Positions 21,709-36,700 of a stretch of DNA of 64,000 bases are shown here, piece by piece. Below the pieces are notes generated by a model. The model saw nothing but the letters and a program-made list of their open reading frames with translations. It searched no databases and was not told the origin of the DNA. A program made the position numbers and the translations under genes. Each line of letters opens with the position of its first letter. Within the stretch, counting starts at the first letter, position 1. The stretch is from positions 7,908 to 71,907 of the forward strand of contig CAXHJY010001110.1 in NCBI GenBank assembly GCA_964016885.1. Reading direction: 5' to 3'. This stretch comes from Eledone cirrhosa. Lineage: Eukaryota.

Positions 21709-24700
21709 TCTAGTGTACTACATTAGACACTATCATCCAATATCGGACCTGCCAACCTCTGGTGTAATACATTAGACACTATCATCCAATATCGGACCTG
21801 CCAACCTCTGGTGTAATACATTAGACACTATCATCCAATATCGGACCTGCCAACCTCTGGTGTAATACATTAGACACTATCATCCAATATCGGACCTGCC
21901 AACCTCTGGTGTAATACATTAGACACTATCATCCAATATCGGGCCTGCCAACATCTGGTGTAATACATTAGACACTATCATCCAATATCGGACCTGCCAA
22001 CCTCTGGTATACTACATTAGACACTATCATCCAATATCGGACCTGCCAACCTCTGGTATACTACATTAGACACTATCATCCAATATCGGACCTGCCAACC
22101 TCTGGTATACTACATTAGACACTATCATCCAATATCGGACCTGTCAACCTCTGGTATACTACATTAGACACTATCATCCAATATCGGACCTGCCAACCTC
22201 TGGTATACTACATTAGACACTATCATCCAATATCGGACCAGCCAACATCTGGTATACTACATTAGACACTATCATCCAATATCGGACCAGCCAACCTCTG
22301 GTATACTACATTAGACACTATCATCCAATATCGGACCTGCCAACCTCTGGTATACTACATTAGACACTATCATCCAATATCGGACCTGTCAACCTCTGGT
22401 ATACTACATTAGACACTATCATCCAATATCGGACCTGCTAACCTCCGGTATACTACATTAGACACTATCATCCAATATCGGACCTGCCAACCTCTGGTAT
22501 ACTACATTAGACACTATCATCCAATATCGGACCTGTCAACCTCTGGTATACTACATTAGACACTATCATCCAATATCGGACCTGTCAACCTCTGGTATAC
22601 TACATTAGACACTATCATCCAATATCGGACCTGCCAACCTCTGGTGTAATACATTAGACACTATCATCCAATATCGGACCTGCCAACCTCTGGTATACTA
22701 CATTAGACACTATCATCCAATATCGGACCTGTCAACCTCTGGTATACTACATTAGACACTATCATCCAATATCGGACCTGTCAACCTCTGGTATACTACA
22801 TTAGACACTATCATCCAATATCGGACCTGCCAACCTCTGGTGTAATACATTAGACACTATCATCCAATATCGGACCTGCCAACCTCTGGTATACTACATT
22901 AGACACTATCATCCAATATCGGACCTGCCAACATCTGGTGTAATACATTAGACACTATCATCCAATATCGGACCTGCCAACATCTGGTATACTACATTAG
23001 ACACTATCATCCAATATCGGACCTGCCAACCTCTGGTATACTACATTAGACACTATCATCCAATATCGGACCTGCCAACCTCTGGTGTAATACATTAGAC
23101 ACTATCATCCAATATCGGACCTGCCAACCTCTGGTATACTACATTAGACAGTATCATCCAATATCGGACTTGCCAACCTCTGGTGTAATACATTAGACAC
23201 TATCATCCAATATCGGACCTGCCAACCTCTGGTGTAATACATTAGACACTATCATCCAATATCGGACCTGCCAACCTCTGGTGTAATACATTAGACACTA
23301 TCATCCAATATCGGACCTGCCAACCTCTGGTATACTACATTAGACACTATCATCCAATATCGGACCTGCCAACCTCTGGTATACTACATTAGACACTATC
23401 ATCCAATATCGGACCTGCCAACCTCTGGTATACTACATTAGACACTATCATCCAATATCGGACCTGCCAACCTCTGGTGTAATACATTAGACACTATCAT
23501 CCAATATCGGACCTGCCAACCTCTGGTATACTACATTAGACACTATCATCCAATATCGGACCTGCCAACCTCTGGTATAATACATTAGACACTATCATCC
23601 AATATCGGACCTGCCAACCTCTGGTGTAATACATTAGACACTATCATCCAATATCGGACCTGCCAACCTCTGGTGTAATACATTAGACACTATCATCCAA
23701 TATCGGACCTGCCAACCTCTGGTATACTACATTAGACACTATCATCCAATATCGGACCTGCCAACCTCTGGTGTAATACATTAGACACTATCATCCAATA
23801 TCGGACCTGCCAACCTCTGGTGTAATACATTAGACACTATCATCCAAAATCGGACTTGCCAACCTCTGGTGTAATACATTAGACACTATCATCCAATATC
23901 GGACCTGCCAACCTCTGGTGTAATACATTAGACACTATCATCCAATATCGGACCTGCCAACCTCTGGTGTAATACATTAGACACTATCATCCAATATCGG
24001 ACCTGCCAACCTCTGGTGTAATACATTAGACACTATCATCCAATATCGGACCTGCCAACCTCTGGTATACTACATTAGACACTATCATCCAATATCGGAC
24101 CTGCCAACCTCTGGTGTAATACATTAGACACTATTATCCAATATCGGACCTGCCAACCTCTGGTATACTACATTAGACACTATCATCCAATATCGGACCT
24201 GCCAACCTCTGGTGTAATACATTAGACACTATCATCCAATATCGGACCTGCCAACCTCTGGTATACTACATTAGACACTATCATCCAATATCGGACTTGC
24301 CAACCTCTGGTATAATACATTAGACACTATCATCCAATATCGGACCTGCCAACCTCTGGTGTAATACATTAGACACTATCATCCAATATCGGACCTGCCA
24401 ACCTCTGGTGTAATACATTAGACACTATCATCAAATATCGGACCTGCCAACCTCTGGTATATTACATTAGACACTATCATCCAATATCGGACCTGCCAAC
24501 CTCTGGTGTAATACATTAGACACTATCATCCAATATCGGACCTGCCAACCTCTGGTGTAATACATTAGACACTATCATCCAATATCGGACCTGCCAACCT
24601 CTGGTATACTACATTAGACACTATCATCCAATATCGGACTTGCCAACCTCTGGTATAATACATTAGACACTATCATCCAATATCGGACCTGCCAACCCCT

Positions 24701-27700
24701 GGTGTAATACATTAGACACTATCATCCAATATCGGACCTGCCAACCTCTGGTGTAATACATTAGACACTATCATCCAATATCGGACCTGTCAACCTCTGG
24801 TGTACTACATTAGACACTATCATCCAATATCGGACCTGCCAACCACTGGTATACTACATTAGACACTATCATCCAATATCGGACCTGCCAACCTCTGGTA
24901 TAATACAATAGACACTATCATCCAATATAGGACATGCCAACCTCTGGTATACTACATTAGACACTATCATCCAATATCGGACCTGCCAACCTCTGGTATA
25001 CTACAATAGACACTATCACCAATATCGGACCTGCCAACCTCTGGTATACTACATTAGACACTATCATCCAATATCGGACCTGCCAACCTCTGGTGTAATA
25101 CATTAGACACTATCATCCAATATCGGACCTGCCAACCTCTGGTGTAATACATTAGACACAATCATCGAATATCGGACCTGCCAACCTCTGGTGTAATACA
25201 TTAGACACTATCATCCAATATCGGACCTGCCAACCTCTGGTATACTACATTAGACACTATCATCCAATATCGGACCTGCCAACCTCTGGTATACTACATT
25301 AGACACTATCATCCAATATCGGACCTGCCAACCTCTGGTATACTACATTAGACACTATCATCCAATATCGGACCTGCCAACGTCTGGTATACTACAATAG
25401 ACACTATCATCCAATATCGGACCTGCCAACCTCTGGTATACTACAATAGGCACTATCATCCAATATCGGACCTGCCAACCTCTGGTGTAATACATTAGAC
25501 ACTATCATCCAATATCGGACCTGCCAACCTCTGGTATACTACATTAGACACTATCATCCAATATCGTACCTGCCAACCCTCTGGTATACTACATTAGACA
25601 CTATCATCCAATATCGGACCTGCCAACCTCTGGTGTAATACATTAGACACTATCATCCAATATCGGACCTGCCAACCTCTGGTATACTACATTAGACACT
25701 ATCATCCAATATCGTACCTGCCAACCTCTGGTATACTACATTAGACACTATCATCCAATATCGGACCTGCCAACCTCTGGTGTAATACATTAGACACTAT
25801 CATCCAATATCGGACCTGCCAACCTCTGGTGTAATACATTAGACACTATCATCCAATATCGGACCTGCCAAGCTCTGGTATACTACATTAGACACTATCA
25901 TCCAATATCGGACCTGTCAACCTCTGGTGTAATACATTAGACACTATCATCCAATATCGGACCTGCCAACCTCTGGTATACTACATTAGACACTATCATC
26001 CAATATCGGACCTGCCAACCTCTGGTGTAATACATTAGACACTATCATCCAATATCGGACCTGCCAACCTCTGGTGTAATACATTAGACACTATCATCCA
26101 ATATCGGACCTGCCAACCTCTGGTGTAATACGTTAGACACTATCATCCAATATCGGACCTGTCAACCTCTGCTATACTACATTAGACACTATCATCCAAT
26201 ATCGGACCTGCCAACCTCTGGTATACTACATTAGACACTATCATCCAATATCGGACCTGCCAACCTCTGGTGTAATACATTAGACACTATCATCCAATAT
26301 CGGACCTGCCAACCTCTGGTGTAATACATTAGACACTATCATCCAATATCGGACCTGCCAACCTCTGGTGTAATACATTAGACACTATCATCCAATATCG
26401 TACCTGCCAACCTCTGGTATACTACATTAGACACTATCATCCAATATCGGACCTGCGAACCTCTGGTATAATACATTAGACACTATCATCCAATATCGGA
26501 CCTGCCAACCTCTGGTATACTACATTAGACACTATCATCCAATATCGGACCTGCCAACCTCTGGTATAATACATTAGACACTATCATCCAATATCGGACC
26601 TGCCAACCTCTGTTATACTACATTAGACACTATCATCCAATATCGGACCTGCCAACCTCTGGTGTAATACATTAGACACTATCATCCAATATCGGACCTG
26701 CCAACCTCTGGTATAATACATTAGACACTATCATCCAATATCGGACCTGCCAACCTCTGGTATACTACATTAGACACTATCATCCAATATCGGACCTGCG
26801 AACCTCTGGTATAATACATTAGACACTATCATCCAATATCGGACCTGCCAACCTCTGGTATACTACATTAGACACTATCATCCAATATCGGACCTGCCAA
26901 CCTCTGGTATAATACATTAGACACTATCATCCAATATCGGACTTGCCAACCTCTGGTATACTACATTAGACACTATCATCCAATATCGGACCTGCCAACC
27001 TCTGGTGTAATACATTAGACACTATCATCCAATATCGGACCTGCCAACCTCTGGTGTAATACATTAGACACTATCATCCAATATCGGACCTGCCAACCTC
27101 TGGTATACTACATTAGACACTATCATCCAATATCGGACCTGCCAACCTCTGGTATACTACATTAGACACTATCATCCAATATCGGACTTGCCAACCTCTG
27201 GTGTAATACATTAGACACTATCATCCAATATCGGACCTGCCAACCTCTGGTATACTACAATAGACACTATCATCCAATATCGGACCTGCCAACCTCTGGT
27301 ATACTACATTAGACACTATCATCCAATATCGGACCTGTCAACCTCTGCTATACTACATTAGACACTATCATCCAATATCGGACCTGCCAACCTCTGGTGT
27401 AATACATTAGACACTATCATCCAATATCGGACCTGCCAACCTCTGGTGTAATACATTAGACACTATCATCCAATATCGGACCTGCCAACCTCTGGTATAC
27501 TACATTAGACACTATCATCCAATATCGGACCTGCCAACCTCTGGTATACTACATTAGACACTATCATCCAATATCGGACCTGCCAACCTCCGGTGTAATA
27601 CATTAGACACTATCATCCAATATCGGACCTGCCAACCTCTGGTGTAATACATTAGACACTATCATCCAATATCGGACCTGCCAACCTCTGGTATACTACA

Positions 27701-30700
27701 TTAGACACTATCATCCAATATCGGACCTGCCAACCTCTGGTATACTACATTAGACACTATCATCCAATATCGGACCTGCCAACCTCTGGTATACTACATT
27801 AGACACTATCATCCAATATCGTACCTGCCAACCTCTGGTGTAATACATTAGACACTATCATCCAATATCGGACCTGCCAACCTCTGGTATACTACATTAG
27901 ACACTATCATCCAATATCGGACCTGCCAACCTCTGGTGTAATACATTAGACACTATCATCCAATATCGGACTTGCCAATCTCTGGTGTAATACATTAGAC
28001 ACTATCATCCAATATCGGACCTGCCAACCTCTGGTGTAATACATTAGACACTATCATCCAATATCGGACCTGCCAACCTCTGGTATACTACATTAGACAC
28101 TATCATCCAATATCGGACTTGCCAACCTCTGGTGTAATACATTAGACACTATCATCCAATATCGGACCTGCCAACCTCTGGTGTAATACATTAGACACTA
28201 TCATCCAATATCGGACCTGCCAACCTCTGGTGTAATACATTAGACACTATCATCCAATATCGGACTTGCCAATCTCTGGTGTAATACATTAGACACTATC
28301 ATCCAATATCGGACCTGCCAACCTCTGGTATACTACATTAGACACTATCATCCAATATCGGACTTGCCAACCTCTGGTGTAATACATTAGACACTATCAT
28401 CCAATATCGGACCTGCCAACCTCTGGTATACTACATTAGACACTATCATCCAATATCGGACCTGCCAACCTCTGGTATACTACATTAGACACTATCATCC
28501 AATATCGGACCTGCCAACCTCTGGTATACTACATTAGACACTATCATCCAATATCGGACCTGCCAACCTCTGGTATACTACATTAGACACTATCATCCAA
28601 TATCGGACTTGCCAACCTCTGGTGTAATACATTAGACACTATCATCCAATATCGGACCTGCCAACCTCTGGTATACTACATTAGACACTATCATCCAATA
28701 TCGGACCTGCCAACCTCTGGTATACTACATTAGACACTATCATCCAATATCGGACCTGCCAACCTCTGGTATACTACATTAGACACTATCATCCAATATC
28801 GGACTTGCCAATCTCTGGTGTAATACATTAGACACTATCATCCAATATCGGACCTGCCAACCTCTGGTATACTACATTAGACACTATCATCCAATATCGG
28901 ACTTGCCAACCTCTGGTGTAATACATTAGACACTATCATCCAATATCGGACCTGCCAACCTCTGGTATACTACATTAGACACTATCATCCAATATCGGAC
29001 CTGCCAACCTCTGGTATACTACATTAGACACTATCATCCAATATCGGACTTGCCAACCTCTGGTGTAATACATTAGACACTATCATCCAATATCGGACCT
29101 GCCAACCTCTGGTGTAATACATTAGACACTATCATCCAATATCGGACTTGCCAACCTCTGGTGTAATACATTAGACACTATCATCCAATATCGGACCTGC
29201 CAACCTCTGGTATACTACATTAGACACTATCATCCAATATCGGACTTGCCAACCTCTGGTATAATACATTAGACACTATCATCCAATATCGGACCTGCCA
29301 ACCTCTGGTGTAATACATTAGACACTATCATCCAATATCGGACCTGCCAACCTCTGGTGTAATACATTAGACACTATCATCCAATATCGGACCTGCCAAC
29401 CTCTGGTGTAATACATTAGACACTATTATCCAATATCGGACCTGCCAACCTCTGGTATACTACATTAGACACTATCATCCAATATCGGACCTGCCAACCT
29501 CTGGTGTAATACATTAGACACTATCATCCAATATCGGACTTGCCAACCTCTGGTGTAATACATTAGACACTATCATCCAATATCGGACCTGTCAACCTCT
29601 GGTGTACTACATTAGACACTATCATCCAATATCGGACCTGCCAACCACTGGTATACTACATTAGACACTATCATCCAATATCGGACCTGCCAACCTCTGG
29701 TGTAATACATTAGACACTATCATCCAATATAGGACATGCCAACCTCTGGTATACTACATTAGACACTATCATCCAATATCGGACCTGCCAACCTCTGGTA
29801 TACTACAATAGACACTATCACCAATATCGGACCTGCCAACCTCTGGTATACTACATTAGACACTATCATCCAATATCGGACCTGCCAACCTCTGGTGTAA
29901 TACATTAGACACTATCATCCAATATCGGACCTGCCAACCTCTGGTGTAATACATTAGACACTATCATCCAATATCGGACCTGCCAACCTCTGGTATACTA
30001 CATTAGACACTATCATCCAATATCGGACCTGCCAACCTCTGGTATACTACATTAGACACTATCATCCAATATCGGACCTGCCAACCTCTGGTATACTACA
30101 TTAGACACTATCATCCAATATCGGACCTGCCAACGTCTGGTATACTACAATAGACACTATCATCCAATATCGGACCTGCCAACCTCTGGTATACTACAAT
30201 AGACACTATCATCCAATATCGGACCTGCCAACCTCTGGTGTAATACATTAGACACTATCATCCAATATCGGACCTGCCAACCTCTGGTATACTACATTAG
30301 ACACTATCATCCAATATCGTACCTGCCAACCTCTGGTATACTACATTAGACACTATCATCCAATATCGGACCTGCCAACCTCTGGTGTAATACATTAGAC
30401 ACTATCATCCAATATCGGACCTGCCAACCTCTGGTATACTACATTAGACACTATCATCCAATATCGTACCTGCCAACCTCTGGTATACTACATTAGACAC
30501 TATCATCCAATATCGGACCTGCCAACCTCTGGTGTAATACATTAGACACTATCATCCAATATCGGACCTGCCAACCTCTGGTGTAATACATTAGACACTA
30601 TCATCCAATATCGGACCTGCCAACCTCTGGTATACTACATTAGACACTATCATCCAATATCGGACCTGTCAACCTCTGGTGTAATACATTAGACACTATC

Positions 30701-33700
30701 ATCCAATATCGGACCTGCCAACCTCTGGTATACTACATTAGACACTATCATCCAATATCGGACCTGCCAACCTCTGGTGTAATACATTAGACACTATCAT
30801 CCAATATCGGACCTGCCAACCTCTGGTGTAATACATTAGACACTATCATCCAATATCGGACCTGCCAACCTCTGGTGTAATACATTAGACACTATCATCC
30901 AATATCGGACCTGTCAACCTCTGCTATACTACATTAGACACTATCATCCAATATCGGACCTGCCAACCTCTGGTATACTACATTAGACACTATCATCCAA
31001 TATCGGACCTGCCAACCTCTGGTGTAATACATTAGACACTATCATCCAATATCGGACCTGCCAACCTCTGGTGTAATACATTAGACACTATCATCCAATA
31101 TCGGACCTGCCAACCTCTGGTGTAATACATTAGACACTATCATCCAATATCGTACCTGCCAACCTCTGGTATACTACATTAGACACTATCATCCAATATC
31201 GGACCTGCGAACCTCTGGTATAATACATTAGACACTATCATCCAATATCGGACCTGCCAACCTCTGGTATACTACATTAGACACTATCATCCAATATCGG
31301 ACCTGCCAACCTCTGGTATAATACATTAGACACTATCATCCAATATCGGACCTGCCAACCTCTGTTATACTACATTAGACACTATCATCCAATATCGGAC
31401 CTGCCAACCTCTGGTGTAATACATTAGACACTATCATCCAATATCGGACCTGCCAACCTCTGGTATAATACATTAGACACTATCATCCAATATCGGACCT
31501 GCCAACCTCTGGTATACTACATTAGACACTATCATCCAATATCGGACCTGCGAACCTCTGGTATAATACATTAGACACTATCATCCAATATCGGACCTGC
31601 CAACCTCTGGTATACTACATTAGACACTATCATCCAATATCGGACCTGCCAACCTCTGGTATAATACATTAGACACTATCATCCAATATCGGACTTGCCA
31701 ACCTCTGGTATACTACATTAGACACTATCATCCAATATCGGACCTGCCAACCTCTGGTGTAATACATTAGACACTATCATCCAATATCGGACCTGCCAAC
31801 CTCTGGTGTAATACATTAGACACTATCATCCAATATCGGACCTGCCAACCTCTGGTGTAATACATTAGACACTATCATCCAATATCGGACCTGCCAACCT
31901 CTGGTATACTACATTAGACACTATCATCCAATATCGGACCTGCCAACCTCTGGTATACTACATTAGACACTATCATCCAATATCGGACTTGCCAACCTCT
32001 GGTGTAATACATTAGACACTATCATCCAATATCGGACCTGCCAACCTCTGGTATACTACAATAGACACTATCATCCAATATCGGACCTGCCAACCTCTGG
32101 TATACTACATTAGACACTATCATCCAATATCGGACCTGTCAACCTCTGCTATACTACATTAGACACTATCATCCAATATCGGACCTGCCAACCTCTGGTG
32201 TAATACATTAGACACTATCATCCAATATCGGACCTGCCAACCTCTGGTGTAATACATTAGACACTATCATCCAATATCGGACCTGCCAACCTCTGGTATA
32301 CTACATTAGACACTATCATCCAATATCGGACCTGCCAACCTCTGGTATACTACATTAGACACTATCATCCAATATCGGACCTGCCAACCTCCGGTGTAAT
32401 ACATTAGACACTATCATCCAATATCGGACCTGCCAACCTCTGGTGTAATACATTAGACACTATCATCCAATATCGGACCTGCCAACCTCTGGTATACTAC
32501 ATTAGACACTATCATCCAATATCGGACCTGCCAACCTCTGGTATACTACATTAGACACTATCATCCAATATCCGACCTGCCAACCTCTGGTGTAATACAT
32601 TAGACACTATCATCCAATATCGGACCTGCCAACCTCTGGTATACTACATTAGACACTATCATCCAATATCGGACCTGCCAACCTCTGGTATACTACATTA
32701 GACACTATCATCCAATATCGGACCTGCCAACCTCTGGTATACTACATTAGACACTATCATCCAATATCGTACCTGCCAACCTCTGGTGTAATACATTAGA
32801 CACTATCATCCAATATCGGACCTGCCAACCTCTGGTATACTACATTAGACACTATCATCCAATATCGGACCTGCCAACCTCTGGTGTAATACATTAGACA
32901 CTATCATCCAATATCGGACCTGCCAACCTCTGGTGTAATACATTAGACACTATCATCCAATATCGGACCTGCCAACCTCTGGTGTAATACATTAGACACT
33001 ATTATCCAATATCGGACCTGCCAACCTCTGGTATACTACATTAGACACTATCATCCAATATCGGACCTGCCAACCTCTGGTGTAATACATTAGACACTAT
33101 CATCCAATATCGGACTTGCCAACCTCTGGTGTAATACATTAGACACTATCATCCAATATCGGACCTGTCAACCTCTGGTGTACTACATTAGACACTATCA
33201 TCCAATATCGGACCTGCCAACCACTGGTATACTACATTAGACACTATCATCCAATATCGGACCTGCCAACCTCTGGTGTAATACATTAGACACTATCATC
33301 CAATATAGGACATGCCAACCTCTGGTATACTACATTAGACACTATCATCCAATATCGGACCTGCCAACCTCTGGTATACTACAATAGACACTATCACCAA
33401 TATCGGACCTGCCAACCTCTGGTATACTACATTAGACACTATCATCCAATATCGGACCTGCCAACCTCTGGTGTAATACATTAGACACTATCATCCAATA
33501 TCGGACCTGCCAACCTCTGGTGTAATACATTAGACACTATCATCCAATATCGGACCTGCCAACCTCTGGTATACTACATTAGACACTATCATCCAATATC
33601 GGACCTGCCAACCTCTGGTATACTACATTAGACACTATCATCCAATATCGGACCTGCCAACCTCTGGTATACTACATTAGACACTATCATCCAATATCGG

Positions 33701-36700
33701 ACCTGCCAACGTCTGGTATACTACAATAGACACTATCATCCAATATCGGACCTGCCAACCTCTGGTATACTACAATAGACACTATCATCCAATATCGGAC
33801 CTGCCAACCTCTGGTGTAATACATTAGACACTATCATCCAATATCGGACCTGCCAACCTCTGGTATACTACATTAGACACTATCATCCAATATCGTACCT
33901 GCCAACCTCTGGTATACTACATTAGACACTATCATCCAATATCGGACCTGCCAACCTCTGGTGTAATACATTAGACACTATCATCCAATATCGGACCTGC
34001 CAACATCTGGTATACTACATTAGACACTATCATCCAATATCGTACCTGCCAACCTCTGGTATACTACATTAGACACTATCATCCAATATCGGACCTGCCA
34101 ACCTCTGGTGTAATACATTAGACACTATCATCCAATATCGGACCTGCCAACCTCTGGTGTAATACATTAGACACTATCATCCAATATCGGACCTGCCAAC
34201 CTCTGGTATACTACATTAGACACTATCATCCAATATCGGACCTGTCAACCTCTGGTGTAATACATTAGACACTATCATCCAATATCGGACCTGCCAACCT
34301 CTGGTATACTACAATAGACACTATCATCCAATATCGGACCTGCCAACCTCTGGTGTAATACATTAGACACTATCATCCAATATCGGACCTGCCAACCTCT
34401 GGTGTAATACATTAGACACTATCATCCAATATCGGACCTGCCAACCTCTGGTGTAATACATTAGACACTATCATCCAATATCGGACCTGTCAACCTCTGC
34501 TATACTACATTAGACACTATCATCCAATATCGGACCTGCCAACCTCTGGTATACTACATTAGACACTATCATCCAATATCGGACCTGCCAACCTCTGGTG
34601 TAATACATTAGACACTATCATCCAATATCGGACCTGCCAACCTCTGGTGTAATACATTAGACACTATCATCCAATATCGGACCTGCCAACCTCTGGTGTA
34701 ATACATTAGACACTATCATCCAATATCGTACCTGCCAACCTCTGGTATACTACATTAGACACTATCATCCAATATCGGACCTGCGAACCTCTGGTATAAT
34801 ACATTAGACACTATCATCCAATATCGGACCTGCCAACCTCTGGTATACTACATTAGACACTATCATCCAATATCGGACCTGCCAACCTCTGGTATAATAC
34901 ATTAGACACTATCATCCAATATCGGACCTGCCAACCTCTGTTATACTACATTAGACACTATCATCCAATATCGGACCTGCCAACCTCTGGTGTAATACAT
35001 TAGACACTATCATCCAATATCGGACCTGCCAACCTCTGGTATAATACATTAGACACTAACATCCAATATCGGACCTGCCAACCTCTGGTATACTACATTA
35101 GACACTATCATCCAATATCGGACCTGCGAACCTCTGGTATAATACATTAGACACTATCATCCAATATCGGACCTGCCAACCTCTGGTATACTACATTAGA
35201 CACTATCATCCAATATCGGACCTGCCAACCTCTGGTATAATACATTAGACACTATCATCCAATATCGGACTTGCCAACCTCTGGTATACTACATTAGACA
35301 CTATCATCCAATATCGGACCTGCCAACCTCTGGTGTAATACATTAGACACTATCATCCAATATCGGACCTGCCAACCTCTGGTGTAATACATTAGACACT
35401 ATCATCCAATATCGGACCTGCCAACCTCTGGTGTAATACATTAGACACTATCATCCAATATCGGACCTGCCAACCTCTGGTATACTACATTAGACACTAT
35501 CATCCAATATCGGACCTGCCAACCTCTGGTATACTACATTAGACACTATCATCCAATATCGGACTTGCCAACCTCTGGTGTAATACATTAGACACTATCA
35601 TCCAATATCGGACCTGCCAACCTCTGGTATACTACATTAGACACTATCATCCAATATCGGACCTGCCAACCTCTGGTATACTACATTAGACACTATCATC
35701 CAATATCGGACCTGTCAACCTCTGCTATACTACATTAGACACTATCATCCAATATCGGACCTGCCAACCTCTGGTGTAATACATTAGACACTATCATCCA
35801 ATATCGGACCTGCCAACCTCTGGTGTAATACATTAGACACTATCATCCAATATCGGACCTGCCAACCTCTGGTATACTACATTAGACACTATCATCCAAT
35901 ATCGGACCTGCCAACCTCTGGTATACTACATTAGACACTATCATCCAATATCGGACCTGCCAACCTCCGGTGTAATACATTAGACACTATCATCCAATAT
36001 CGGACCTGCCAACCTCTGGTGTAATACATTAGACACTATCATCCAATATCGGACCTGCCAACCTCTGGTATACTACATTAGACACTATCATCCAATATCG
36101 GACCTGCCAACCTCTGGTATACTACATTAGACACTATCATCCAATATCGGACCTGCCAACCTCTGGTATACTACATTAGACACTATCATCCAATATCGTA
36201 CCTGCCAACCTCTGGTGTAATACATTAGACACTATCATCCAATATCGGACCTGCCAACCTCTGGTATACTACATTAGACACTATCATCCAATATCGGACC
36301 TGCCAACCTCTGGTGTAATACATTAGACACTATCATCCAATATCGGACTTGCCAATCTCTGGTGTAATACATTAGACACTATCATCCAATATCGGACCTG
36401 CCAACCTCTGGTGTAATACATTAGACACTATCATCCAATATCGGACCTGCCAACCTCTGGTACTCTACATTAGACACTATCATCCAATATCGGACTTGCC
36501 AACCTCTGGTGTAATACATTAGACACTATCATCCAATATCGGACCTGCCAACCTCTGGTGTAATACATTAGACACTATCATCCAATATCGGACCTGCCAA
36601 CCTCTGGTGTAATACATTAGACACTATCATCCAATATCGGACTTGCCAATCTCTGGTGTAATACATTAGACACTATCATCCAATATCGGACTTGCCAACC

